From positions 808,001 to 872,000 of the forward strand of contig MU058153.1 of NCBI GenBank assembly GCA_013265495.1: DNA of 64,000 nt, in the 5' to 3' direction. A model generated the notes under the pieces. The model saw only the letters and a program-made list of their open reading frames with translations. It was not told where the DNA came from and did no database searches. Shown here piece after piece: positions 13,683 through 26,119 of the stretch; position 1 is the stretch's first letter, and each line of letters starts with the position of its first letter. Both the position numbers and the translations under genes were made by a program. The stretch comes from Vicugna vicugna (Eukaryota).

Positions 13683-14089
13683 TCAAAGATCAAGGTTTTA
13701 AATCCTTACACTAAATCCATACTCATCACAAAATGGTACCATAGAGCTTTCTGAGAGGAATGAAAGTGTCTCCAGGTAACATATTAAGCATTACACAAGG
13801 AGCACTAGAAATTTTCAAGAAAGTACTCCTTCAGGTGAAAAATAAATAAATAAATGCAAAAGGAATCCAAACTAAACTGAAAGTCTGAGCCCAAATATTT
13901 TATCTTCCGCATTCCCAGCACCCTTTGCTGGGTTGTTCATATTGCAGTTTATTCCCCTACTCACTTGCTTACATTTGCATGAATTCCTTTGTTTTTATTA
14001 TCTACATCTTGAAAAGAAAAGGTTAAAAAAAAAGTACTCTACTGCCAAGGATTTTAGCATAAAGTAAGAAAGTTATGACAGGGACACAA

Positions 14090-14510
14090 ATAAGCCAAGT
14101 ATGAAGTTGAGAGGGGAATGCACTGTGTAAGAGATCTACTGATGAAATGCTTTGGGACATCAGAAAGAGGAGGGAAACTCTAGAAAGGATGTGGAGGTTA
14201 GCTTTATAATTTGACCTCAAAGGACAAAGAACTCAAAAAATGTAGATGGATATATTCCAAGTACAGGGGCACCAGGAGGAAGGGAAACGAGGAAGAAGTC
14301 AGGGCAAGTTTGGTTTTTTTGGAACATCAGAGTTCAAGAGGAATAGTGAAAAACATAAATCGATGAGAATTGGGTTTGATTATACTTCATAGTCCTGACA
14401 AGCATTATTATAAATTAGATTTTAATTCTCTGATTAGTGTGGAGTCATCTGCATTTTTTGAACAGCCATTGGGTTTACCAAAGCTCTACACGAAGGAGAC
14501 AAGCCTGGCT
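14090..14510 (-). mobile_element. LINE-2 fragment
   Basis: Degenerate antisense L2 motifs (ATGCTTTGGGACATCAGAAAGAGG, TTAGATTTTAATTCT). Confidence 0.45.
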
Positions 14511-14904
14511 TATTTTTCTCTGTTTAAAAATGTATTTTATTTTGTTATTATTTTTCATTGAAATATAATTCACATTCTATAACATTCATCATTTTAACAT
14601 GCACAAGTTGGTGGGTTTTAGTATATTCACAGCCTTCACTGCTATCTAATTCTAGAACATTTCCTCACCCCCAAAAAGAAACCCCATACCCATTAAACAG
14701 GCATCCCCCACTGCTCCCCTCTCCCCAGTTCCCAGCAAAACTAACCCACTTTCTATCTCTATAGAGTTGCCTAGTCTGGACATTTCTCGTAGTTGGAATT
14801 ACGTATTATGTGGCCTTTTGTGACTGGTTTCTTTTACTTCATGTACTCTTTTTGGAGTTTATTCATTATGTGTTATATTTCAGGACTCCATTTCTTTTTT
14901 TTAA

Positions 14905-15370
14905 TAGTTTTTTTAATTCTTATTTTTTATTGAAGTGAAGTCAATTACAATGTTAGTTTCAGGTGTATGACAAAGCAATTCAGTTATACATACACATACA
15001 TACATATTTTTTTCAGTTTCTTTCCATTACAGCTCATTACAAGAAATAGAATATAGTTCCCTGTGCTATATAATAGGTCCTTGTTGCTTATCTATTTTAT
15101 ATATAGTAATGTGTTTCTGTTAATCCCAAACTCCTAATCTATCCCTCTCCCCTTCCTTTCATCCCTGGTAACCACAGATTTTCTGTATGTTCCTGAGTCT
15201 ATTTCTGGTTTGTAAATAAAATTTGTGTTTTTTTTGATTCTACATATAAGCAACATCATATGATATTTGTCTTTGTCTGACTGACTTCACTTAAAATGAT
15301 AATCTCTAGGTCCATCCATGTTGCTGCAAATGACATTGTTTCATTCTTTTTTATGGCCAAGTAATATTCC
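14905..15370 (-). mobile_element. Younger 5'-truncated L1 3' end nested in the old L1
   Basis: TTTTATTGAAGTGAAGTCAATTACAATGTTAGTTTCAGGTGTATGACAAAG...ATAGTTCCCTGTGCTATA...CATGTTGCTGCAAATGACATTG. Flanked by a TTCTTTT(..)AA TSD-like repeat. Confidence 0.85.
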
Positions 15371-15551
15371 TTCTTTTAAGCCTAATATTCCATTGTATGA
15401 ATAAAATACATTTTAATTATTTATTCCTTAGTTGATAGACATTTGTTTTTTTCCCCACTTTTTGGCTATTATGGATAATACAGCTATGAACATCCATTTC
15501 ATTTTGTATGAACATAGGATTTCAGTTATCTTGGGCTAATACCTAGAAGTA

Positions 15552-15973
15552 TGCTGAGGTTATAATGCAGAAATAGTGTGGACTCCCACCCCAAATTTGG
15601 CTTATGTGTGAAGGCTGATACTGCCACACATACAGCAGAGGGTATGAAAACTTTTATTACAATGAGACTTTCTGGGGAAAGCAAGACAGGCCTCCCAAGC
15701 TGGTCAAAAAATTACTTAAGTGAGAAAAAACGGGAGACTGGCTTGGGGTTTTTATTGTGGTTAGGGAGTGGGGCTGGGGGGGTGGTTCCCACTCAAGGGA
15801 AGGAGGTTGAGTAGTTTGAATCTCTCATATCTCTCCTTGGTGCCAAAATAGGGAATACTCGGCCTTTCTTATCAGTCTGCCCAGGTGTGGGGTCCAAGGG
15901 GAAGAGGGAAGTGTGAGACTTAAAAGCTGTTGGCAGTCAAATATCAAAAAATGGAGTCAGAGTCTTTATTACA
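15552..15973 (-). mobile_element. Solo LTR (probably ERVL class) nested in the old L1
   Basis: TG...CA termini; minus strand begins TGTAATAAAGACTCTGACTCCATTTTTTG. It splits the L1 motif ATACCTAGGAGTGGA with an imperfect 5-bp TSD (AAGTA at 15547, GAGTG at 15974). Confidence 0.75.
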
Positions 15974-16200
15974 GAGTGGATCTGCTAGATGTTACGGTGA
16001 TTCTGTGTTTAGCTTTTTGAACTGTCAGACTGTTTTCCACAGTGGCTACACCATTTGACATCACCACCAACACAGTACGAGAGTTACAATTTCTCCAAAT
16101 CCTTGTTATCCATCTTTTGTATGATTATTGTTGTTGTTGTTGTTATTACTATCATCCTAGTGGTATTAAGTTGTATTACATTGTGATTTTTATTTGAATT

Positions 16201-16355
16201 TTTCTTTTCTTTTTTTAATTTTATTTTATTGAGTTATAGTCAGTTTACAATGTTGCGTCAATTTCCAGTGTAGAGCACAATTTTTCAGTTATACATGAAC
16301 CTACACATATTCATTGTCACATTCCTGTTCACCGTGAGCCACCACAAGAGCTTGC
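16201..16355 (-). mobile_element. Short young L1 3' end (same family as the 60787 element)
   Basis: GAGCACAATTTTTCAGTTATACATGAAC...ATATTCATTGTCACATT...GTGAGCCACCACAAGA is nearly identical to 60811-60940. Confidence 0.9.
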
Positions 16356-17484
16356 ATAATGATGCAGAACATCTTTATATATATTATTTTCCTTTTGCAT
16401 ATTTCCTTTAGAGAAATATCTTTTCAAATCCTTCGCTGATTTTAAAAATTGGGTTGTCTTTTTACTGTTGAGTGGTGAGAATTCTTTCTATGTTCTGAAT
16501 ACAAGACCTTTGTTAGATGTATGATTTGCAAATATTTTCTCCTATTTTGTGAGTTGCCTTTTTGATTTCTTCGTGGAGTCCTTTGATGCAAAAGAAGTTT
16601 TAAATTTTGGTAAAGTCCTATTTATTTATTTTTTTCATGTGGTTGCTTTTCCCTTGTGGTGTCCTAGCCAAAAAGCTATTGTCTAATTTAACATGACTAA
16701 CATTTATACCTATATCTCATTCTAAGGGTTTCATTTATAGTATTAGCTCTTACGTTTTGTTCTTTTATCTGTGTTGAGTTATTTTTGTATGTGGTTTGGT
16801 TGAAGGGGTGTACGCTCATTATTCTGCATGTAGATATCCAAAGCCTGAGTAATCCTGATACTCACAAGGGTTATAGCCTCAATGTGCAAGTATCGTGGTT
16901 CCTGTGATAGTCTCTGCAAACCATATACTACAGCTGATCCCTTATGTCAGCCAAATGGAAGTCATTTACCAAGCGTTTTGTTTGCTTTTATAGCCAAGAA
17001 CTGTCACATTCTTAGACTACTCAGAAGTCTTTTTAGTACAGATATGAGAATGGGTAGTTAACTTTGTTTTCTAAGCCGCCTTTCACCAGGAACCTAAGTT
17101 TGTCACTTCCTGAGACTTACTGATCATAGCAGTGACCAGCAGCGAAAAATAAACAATACTGCAATGCAGGTGCTGGGTATTGGCTTGTCTCTCTCCCAAA
17201 TAACTGATTCATTGATGTACAGTGGTCAGTCAGCCAATTGAAATGTTTTTTTAATAAAATTAGAAATAACTATAAGCCAGGGGTCTAAAGAATTGCTCTG
17301 GAATACTCCAAACGATGAGTGTTCTATCCCCAATTGCCATCACATTTTTATCAAAAGTAATTTCTTTAATCTTCTCTTTGCCCTAGAGTCAGACACTGTT
17401 TGATATCTGTAGAGTTGGTTGCATGGCACATACATAATCTCTGAGCAAGGGTTCTGTTTTCATACTCCCTCTGGGGCCCAAGAA

Positions 17485-17670
17485 TTAGAGTCAGAAAGGC
17501 ATAATAAATGGTCCCTCCACTTATTAGCTGTGTGATTTAGGTTACTTGCTCTCACCAAGTCTGTTTTTGTCTGTAAAAAAAGCCAATGAGATTTTCCTTG
17601 TACAGGGAAAGAAAGGAAATGAACCATGATGCAAAGCACCTAACCCAATACCTGACACTCCAAACACATT
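17485..17670 (+). mobile_element. MIR SINE
   Basis: CCACTTATTAGCTGTGTGATTTAGGTTACTT...CTGTAAAA...AAAGCACCTAACCCAATACCTGACAC. Confidence 0.65.
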
Positions 17671-18549
17671 GGCAAGAGCTACAGTCGTATTGTTATAAAG
17701 ATAATACATAATTCTTATTTTATGAGCATTTTCAAGAACAAATTAACCACTAAAGCTTTTTGAAATAAAGATGTTAGCCAACAGTATAGTCAGTTCAAAT
17801 ATTCATGCTAATACAGCAGAGCTAGTTTCTCTGCTCTGTTTGTCTTTCTACTGATTAACTCTCTGGTCTTCAGATCTTAGGAGTCAGGATGAAAAATAAA
17901 AGGCATACAATAGTTCTGTAAATTTTGTCTTTGTTACTTCTTTCTAGTAGATACAATGGCCATACATTGAGAAGGGTGATGTGAGTTTCGTATGTATGTA
18001 AAATTTACCATCTGGAAAATTAACATTATTTCCTGGAGTGTAAGATACCCACAGGGTGCTCTTTGACTCACCCTCATCAAAGGTTCACTTCACTCACTGA
18101 GCTAGAAAAATAATTTCCAGGTGGAAGTTGGCCCCCTTCAACAGCTGGGCCTTCTCTGCATTATAGAGAGATTGCTAATCCAGTCTGGATGGGGACTCCT
18201 TGGCCCCCTCACATCACTGAGATGTTTTGTTTTCCCCACTGAAGCTGTGTGAACTCACCACTAGCCTCCTCTCATCTGTTTAACACCAAGGGAGCATGCA
18301 TCTTCACTTGAAGTCAGCAGGAGCTCCCAGAAAAGAGGAACATTTGCACGTGGCAGATTAAAGGCACCAGCGTCAACCCGTCCTTCTGTCTCCATGGTCT
18401 GGATTACTCTACCCATTCAGTAGCAAATGTTGAGTAGTAATTATATTTCTACTAACTTGCTTTCAAATGCCAGTAGGTTATAAATATTCCCATGGGAGTG
18501 AGACAGATTGGGGAAATGTAAAAAGAAAGTAAAAGGAAAGAGTGGGTCT

Positions 18550-18685
18550 CTTTTGATGCCAGTCATTAAGTCTGCTGCCTAGATTTGCCATTTAACCATT
18601 TAAGGTGCCTCAGTTTCCTCACCGACAAAATGAAGGCAATCAAGCAGAAAACTCATACGGTCTCTTCCGATTTTAAATTCTATAT
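18550..18685 (+). mobile_element. MIR/MIR3 fragment
   Basis: GTGCCTCAGTTTCCTCACCGACAAAATGAAGG core, followed by a GGTCTCTTCC...ATTCTAT MIR3-like tail. Confidence 0.6.
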
Positions 18686-20072
18686 ATGAGCCATCAAGGA
18701 GAAATATCCTTTGTCTTAGCATAAAGCTTACGAGATTCAGTGATATCAGTGTACAGTCTTGGCCAGTAAATGACAAACAAGGTGGGGGTGGAAATCAGTG
18801 CTGAGCAGTACTTTTCAAGAAATGCTTGTTGAAATGGATGACGGGAAGCATCTAACTAAAGCTGAAGACAAACGGACCTTCGTGAACTGTAAAGAGGGCT
18901 CAAGGTTACATAGTCAAGAGAGAAAAATACACTTCAGGCGTTTTGCCTTACTTATTCCACATCCTGAAATGCCCTTCCAGCTTTTATGGTTGAACTATAG
19001 TGAACATATTCCAGAAGAGGCTTGGATTAATACAGCTTAATTCAATCACACTAAATAAAATGAATTTTAAAGGTGATTTAAATGTCTTTTAGCTCATGGA
19101 TTGATTAGTTTTAATGGGGAGAGCTTTAATACAGTTTTCTGTATCAGCGTATCATATAATTGCATTCTAAGTAAATTTGTGAAATTGGTAAATATTTGCT
19201 CTTCTTTGAACTTCTGAAATTGATAGTACATCATTTTTTGTTATACCGACCACAGGTTGTATGTATCGCCACCATTTACAGTGGTGAATTTCCTGATGGC
19301 AGTTACAGAATTTGATTCTCCGGTTGTTCTCACGAGGACCTAGCCCCCGCCTGGTCAAAGGGATACCCTTCCAGAAACTATTACTGATTATCTCTCACTT
19401 TTTGAATCAAGAAGTCAGTCAAGGTGAATAAGGGATATTTGGGGAAAGACTATTTCAAATGCATTGATTTCCTGAATTCTCCCTCCGTGCTAAACCACTG
19501 TCCAGATGACTGGTGGATTTTTGGCAGAAGCATTGTCTTACATTCACACCAAAGATTCACTTTGTTTATTTTGTGTACTCATATTGCTGCTTCCACCACT
19601 GTGACGTGGTGCAGTTCTTCTTCAATTCTTTCTCTTGTTGCTAGAATGTATCTACTCCCCCTTGCCCTTATGCAGAGTGCCACCAATAACATATTAGTCA
19701 TATTGTCTAGCTCAGATTTTCCTGGGGACGCGTGACACTCATACTTTAGCTTGTAAGAGCTCACCCACAGGAAAGATGACGGTTTTCAGATTATCAAAAT
19801 GCAGGAGTCTTCTTTCTACTGCTCTACATTGTGTGTCTGTAATAATGAGGATGGGAGGGTTGGCGATACATTGTGTGATTTTGAAAAGTCATTTGACTTA
19901 CCATTTTAAGGTTCTTACCCATCAAATGCGGACTATACATCCTTATCTATCATGCTTGTGGTTGTAGGATTCAGGTGAGGAATATGCTGAAGTGCAGTAG
20001 AAATTGTGTAATATGGACTGTTTGTTATACATGATTATTTAGTATCTGTGTGATTTTGCTTCTTTTATATCA

Positions 20073-20305
20073 TGGTGATAAAAAGTGTGGAAAGTGATAT
20101 TAGAGAGCTGTGGGTACAACACTTCATTTTATCACTTACTAACTACATGAGCTTGGGTCATTTGTTTCATTCCTCTGAGACTCAGTTTCCTCATTTGTAA
20201 AATGGGCATAAGAATGACCATGGAGGTAATCTGGAGATTTAACTGAAATAATGGATGCAAGTCGTTTTGCCTGACATGGAGCGAAGACTGAAATGTTAGA
20301 CGTTA
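20073..20305 (+). mobile_element. MIR SINE
   Basis: Clear core CTCTGAGACTCAGTTTCCTCATTTGTAAAATGGGCATAA. Confidence 0.8.
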
Positions 20306-20994
20306 TTATTGACCTGGAAAGTAAGTGGAAAAAATAAGCCTTGAAAGAAACTTCCTTACACAGCAGATTTGAAGACTAAGAGTGACATTTCATGTTTTCA
20401 ATTAAGAAAATGCCCTCGCCACATCCAGCATCTTGGGGAGACAGGAAAGAGCTGCTTATGATTCAATAACGTAGTCTTTTTATGCATGCTCATGGTGTGG
20501 CCTAAGTCTGTAAAGTTCAAGAGCCTAGAGGATTTGAGTTTCTCTTCCTAGGACCCACCTATTTGGGATCCAAGTCAACCTGAGAGAATCAGGTTCTTCT
20601 ATGTCCCTTTCAGGCACTGATGAAATGAAAGAAGATGCAGTTCAACCCTGTCAAACTGAATTAAACCCTTTCCTTTGTATTCCTTCTCATCATGCCAAAA
20701 GGTTCTACTCTTGTAGCATCTTTTGGGGTTTCAATGAGGCTTGCAGAAAACAAAGCAGCAAAAAAACAGGTGGCAATAGTTCATTGGAATGCAAAGGTGC
20801 AAAATAGGGACTCCTTTTATTTGGTAATTGTTTCAGGGTTCTCAATTACCAGCCATGCCAATTAGAGCAAGATGAATGTCTTTCCATGTGGTGAGAACAG
20901 AAAGACAGCTGCTCATTTACTACTGGTCATTTGTGTCCGTGATTTGTCTGAGATTTTTTCATCTATTATTTTACCCAGGGTAGAAACATTTAAC

Positions 20995-21035
20995 AAAAAA
21001 AAAAAAAAAAAGAAGAAGAAGAAGAAGAAGAAGAA
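20995..21035 (+). repeat. A17 followed by (GAA)8
   Basis: Read directly. Confidence 0.95.
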
Positions 21036-21904
21036 GGTATCCCTGTGACTGACACAAATTGCCATGTGAAATATGGGTCAGCATGCAACTGTGACTATTA
21101 TTCTATTGCCCATTAGCAAACAGGAGATTTCATTACAGCACAGCTCCCTGAAGATCTAAGAGAAAAATGATGTGGGTGAACCACAGAGAAATATTAGAGA
21201 GAAGGTGATGAAAAAGGGAGCTTTGGGGAGGTGGAGAGAGCAGAGTTGCGGCAAGGAAATGTGCATTAGACAGTGAATTATGCTTCAATTTTAATCGTTC
21301 CACCTACACTCCTTCTGGTCTCTCCATGTGGCTCATTTTTGCTCTGACTTTTAAGTTAAGTAACTTGAAAGTATAAATTGGAGAGAATTTTGTTTGGGGG
21401 AGGGACTTAAACTTAGGTGCCTGTATGGGGACTCAGAGGTCAGATTTAGGTGATTTCGGGTGATTTCATGTTATCAGCTGACAAACAGGCCTTTGAGTAA
21501 GTTCTTGCTCTGTAGGTGCCACACCTGTTTCCCATCCCTATGGAAGGTCTTTGGCTCCGTTTACCAGCATTGTAGCTGCAGTTCAGGACCTGGGTATTTC
21601 AGAAACCCAACAGGTTTGCTCTCATTTGGCAAAGCTTTATCATCATGGAGCCAGTTGCCTGTTCTGTATCAAGAAGGAGACATTCAAAATACAAAAAGGT
21701 TAACAAATACACTCTTAGAGTTGTAGACCCTTTTAGTTGGAATAGGATTGCATTTCTTTCCCTTCTTCCTTTTCCCTTTAATTTTGGGATCTGTGCTAGA
21801 GAATTTAGGTGCATAAATTCTTGTCAGCAGATTTTGATTTGGGAAATTCGTCTTTAGCACATGCGGTTGTAGGAGACCAACACATCAGACCTGTACCAAT
21901 TTCA

Positions 21905-22080
21905 GAAGTGTGCATATATGTGCCATATACTGTACATATGGCCATATTTGTGAGAATATACCTGTATGTATTTGTGAGCACGTGTGAATGTTGAGTGTGA
22001 ATGCACAAGTGTGTGAGAATGTGAGTGTGCACAGTGTAAGTACTGTACGTGTGAGTTGTGTGTATGTGTATGAGCATCTG
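21905..22080. repeat. Degenerate TG/TA-rich low-complexity tract
   Basis: Alternating purine-pyrimidine sequence; it produces spurious His/Thr-rich ORFs. Confidence 0.7.
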
Positions 22081-22339
22081 CGCATATCTGATCTGAGATT
22101 ACGATTTGGCCACTAACTGACTGTGACTTCTCTCAGCTTGTAATCATCATGTGACCTAATGCATGTGATAGTGCTTTGTGGAATCTACAGTGCTGTACAA
22201 GTCAATTTCATTCTTATGGCTACCTACATAAAACACACCATTTTAACTTAAGAATGGAACACTTCTGCAAGCCAATCAGCATAGTGTCTGGATATCTTTA
22301 TGTCTGCATGTGGTCAGTAAATCCACTTTAAAATATTTA

Positions 22340-22370
22340 TAGCTAGCTAGCTAGCTAGCCAGAGATATTT

Positions 22371-22408
<38 letters not shown>
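22340..22408. repeat. (TAGC)n palindromic tract at 22340-22357 plus (CA)17 at 22375-22408
   Basis: Read directly. Confidence 0.95.
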
Positions 22409-22409
<1 letters not shown>

Positions 22410-22780
22410 GTATATATGAAACAGAACTTTTATATCCTTTCTGTCATTCCTAATTCATCAGCTTTCCTTTCCCAATCATTCTGAAAAGGCCATTACCATT
22501 ACCGAGGCTAATACCATTCAAAACAAGCTCCTTCGCCTATTCCTTATCCCCTTACCCCCTGACTTGGCTCCAATAACTGTAGCTATTCTTGCTAAGGATT
22601 TCCTGTTAATATTTTGAAGTTTTAGAGCAAGATACTTTTCTCTGTGCAGAAAACTGGGAAGAGAAAGTCGCTTCTGCGTCTATGACAGTGTTTCAAATGG
22701 AATGGTTCTCATTTCCCAAAACTTACTCGATGAAACGTTCCAGGAAATCACATCCATCTTGTAGGTGACCTCTTGGATTC

Positions 22781-23154
22781 TGTTAAAAGATAAACTGAGG
22801 CCTGTTAAACATTTTAAGAGTCTATCTGAGCAAGAATCAAATCGAATAGGGAAGCATCCGAGCTAGCAGATAGAAAAGAGGAGATGTACACAATGAAAGA
22901 CTTATAGGCAGAAGGGAGCAGCAACAGGGAAGTTACGCTAGACCAAAAAGCTGGCTGGTTACTTCAAGGTATCCTTTGGATTACAGCAGGGGTCTGCCAG
23001 GCCGATTATCTCACCAGTGCTGATCAGGTGGTTCCTGATTGACTGGCTGAAGGTTCCATTTCTGGAAGAATCGAAACTATAACTGAGCCTCAGTTTGGTG
23101 ACGTGGGGCTTAGCATTAGCATTTGCATTTGGGACTGTTTTCTTGTTTTTAGCA
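22781..23154 (-). mobile_element. ERV1-class solo LTR (374 bp)
   Basis: TG...CA termini; perfect 4-bp TSD ATTC at 22777-22780 and 23155-23158; TATA-like CCTATAAG on the minus strand at ~22901-22908. Confidence 0.85.
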
Positions 23155-23954
23155 ATTCTAAAACAATTCTTTCAAAAGCAATCCTTTTAGTGGGATTAAA
23201 AACTTCCCCTAGTTTTAATGTATCTTTACAACCCAGGAGGTGTTAAATATGTCTGCACAGAACATGGATAGACTTGCTATGGGTCATGTGTAGCTCACTC
23301 TAAATAAAATAAATAAATAAATAGATAAATCAATACGTACAATTTTAAACAAGGGAGAGGTTCCAGCTTCTTAGAAGATTGTGTAGCTTCAAGGGTCCTT
23401 AAATACCCAAGAAGGTTCTTGTATATTTAATCAGATGAAATACTTCGAATTGAGTTGAGTCAATATTGAACCCTCTGATTCTCTAAAATGTCACACTTTG
23501 TGTAAATTGGAGGTGTTTAGAAAGAAGGTGGCAAGCCGTGTTTGTACTTTTAGTTTCCGGTTGGGAAGTCTTTCATCACCAGCCTGAAGCCTCTCTCTCT
23601 TCTTGAACTCCTTTTTCATGGCTGGAGTATGGAGGCTGTGGAGTCTGACTGGAGACCGTGGTCCAAGGGAGCAGCTGCAGCGAGACGCGTGTTTCAGCTG
23701 AGAATCGACATTGAGAGAGTGCCACTCAGTTTTAAGCTCAATGTGAATTCAGTCAGCATTCCTCTGAACCTTCAATTAGTTCTTTGCTTTATATAAAGCC
23801 CTTGTTACGTGGGTGTGTGTGCATGTATAGGTGTGTATACACGTCTATACACATAATTTAAGAAACTCAGCGTTTGAAGGATCTAAGACATCTCAGGACT
23901 CTGCGTAGAGTAGACGTTCAGTAGATATTTTCCTGTTGTCTGACTCTCCCCATT

Positions 23955-24110
23955 GCTTTAAACTTTGGGGAGGATATACATTCTTTTGAAAATCTGATGA
24001 AACTATTTGTATGAAAAATCACTGATGAACGCATGAACAGGTTTACGTGACATGCCCAGGAAATTAAAGATCTGCTAAAGACTATTGTGGATACACAGAG
24101 ATTACTCCAG
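23955..24110. mobile_element. Possible hAT-Charlie MITE remnant
   Basis: TTCTTTTGAAAATCTGATGAAAACTAT resembles a remembered Charlie-type motif; TIRs not resolved. Confidence 0.3.
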
Positions 24111-25700
24111 GTACACCTCCACGAACCAGTTCAGTGCCTTTTCTGCACAAGCAGGAACTGAGACCAAGAGGTCGAATGAGTCAAGGAGGCCTGGTGTAAA
24201 ATAATAGGGAACGGTGAGCCCTGTGGCACTGAAAACAATAACCCTTCTCAGGGCGTCCTTTATTCTAGTCCAGCCAGTGTTTGGCAGGTAGGAAACAGGC
24301 CCAGGGGTGTCAGAGCTCCTGATATATCAAGGGGAGCCTAAGAAAATATTTGTTTAGATATAAAATGTCTTAACTTTAATAGTGACAACTAATTCCAATT
24401 ATTTTAAACATGTGGAAGTGGGCAGGATAACTATCCTAACAGCCTATTTCTGGTTATAACCCAACAGTTTATCTTTCTTTCAAATACTGTATTTCATCTA
24501 TGTCCAGATTGTTCCATTCATGTTGCAAATACTCATTAAGCTCTGTAAAAAAGTTTACACTTTTTCTTTATAGATACTTTTATATTTATAGATGTCTACA
24601 AGACTGTGTGATATTCCTGTCTTAATTCAGGAATCTTAGTGCATAATAGACGAAAAAGTTCACGCAGACGTTTATGTGGAGAAAACACTTAGTGATATGG
24701 AATAAAAACAGCGTTGTGGCTCCTCCGATGGTTCGCTGAATTGCTGTCATGTTAACCAGCACGACCCGGCAGGCAGCAGGGGTAGACCTCCTGTAAAGTC
24801 TACATGTGTTCTCCCTTTGTCTGGTCTGAAGTCTCACTTTACACAGTTAATTGATTTGGTGGTGGAACTGGGGAGGAATACATGCTCCTGGGGCTGTGTG
24901 AGGACCTATGGAGACAGACTTGACCGCAAAAAAAAAAAAAGAAAAAGAAAAAGAAAAAAGAATTGAATTACCTTCAGTTCTCCTTCTTTCTTTTAACTAC
25001 TCCTTAGTGTGACAATCCCACAGTACTTGCAAATCCCCTCTAGCCAGAGTTTTCACAATAATAGTAGTGTCCAGGAATCATTCTACAAATACAAATATCC
25101 AATTCATTCACATTTTAAAACTGGCAGAATATGTTTAAATTCAACTTTGTAATGCCTGCCCTATGTATAAAATTTAAACAGGTATTTATGAATGGAATTT
25201 CTTTGTGTGGAATGAATGTATGTACACACGTGTGTGTGTGCACGTGCACATGTGCATATTTCCTTCATGAATGTAAGTGGATGCGTGCATTTCTTACCTT
25301 GTTTTCCTGAGTTGATAAACTTGAACTTGGCGCCTGCAATCTCCCAATATCCATATGGCCAAAGGTTTGACTTTATGTTACCTCTTCGTTTTGATTCCAT
25401 CTCATGAGAACAAACTGCCTCTCACCTTGTGGAGTCCCAGCAGTGCCAGACTTAGGAGCAGACAGCAGGAAAACTTCCCGCTGAAATTAGAAGGGTTGGG
25501 GGAGGCAAATAAAAGAGAAACAAGACTAAGGAATGAACTCACCCAGGGATTTTAGAACCTGATGGGAAATTAGCATTAGAAATGTAAATGAGGTTAGGGA
25601 AATTTAGAGGATTAACTGGCTTACAGGGATTTATATAAAAATAAAGAGAAGATCACTGAAACCCTTTGGGATCTCTATCCCCTCAACAGAATGGTTTTGT

Positions 25701-25702
<2 letters not shown>

Positions 25703-25738
<36 letters not shown>
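25703..25738. repeat. (GT)18 microsatellite
   Basis: Read directly. Confidence 0.95.
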
Positions 25739-25739
<1 letters not shown>

Positions 25740-26119
25740 TGGCTTTGCTGCTACTTCTGATTTGTAAGCATTGGACCAAATTGCTCTTGGAGCCTGTGTT
25801 TGCTTTCTTCCTCAGCGCGCCACCTATGGCCCGAGGCTGACACTCGGTAAGCTTGCCTGCCCAATTTGCAATGCTGTAATTTACATTGTTATTAATGTGA
25901 TGGGCTGGAATCCAAGGAGAAAGGGGATTTACAGCCCTTCCAACCTTTTCAGATTTTCTAATAACCTGAAATACAGACCCTATATTAGAAATAATCATTT
26001 TTCTGTATAGTTCATCTCTGGTGGTGGCTAGACATGTTTTCCAGAGCTGGCTGTTCTTTAGTCATGGGCAAGTGCGTGAGGTTGAAGAATTGTTGAGCTT
26101 TGGAATATATTGTCTAAAA

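Larger units (their letters stand above)
14530..16842 (-). mobile_element. Old L1 (L1MB-like) 3' region hosting three nested insertions
   Basis: Antisense L1MB-type 3'UTR (TTGAAATATAATTCACA, CTAATTCTAGAACATTTCCTCACCCCCAAAAAGAAACCCCATACCCATTA). It resumes after each insert and runs into ORF2-end motifs (TGATTTGCAAATATTTTCTCC). Confidence 0.85.

Noticed and set aside
16201..16355. Local duplication of 60811-60940
   Set aside because: Similarity is confined to the L1 3' end with no shared flank; independent insertions of the same family.
19246..19343. Possible coding exon after ...GACCACAG
   Set aside because: Acceptor-like site and CpG-retaining, but the frames I translated stop within ~30 codons, give no recognisable peptide, and no partner exon was found.
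21805..22085. His/Thr-rich ORFs
   Set aside because: Translation of a degenerate TG/CA low-complexity tract.
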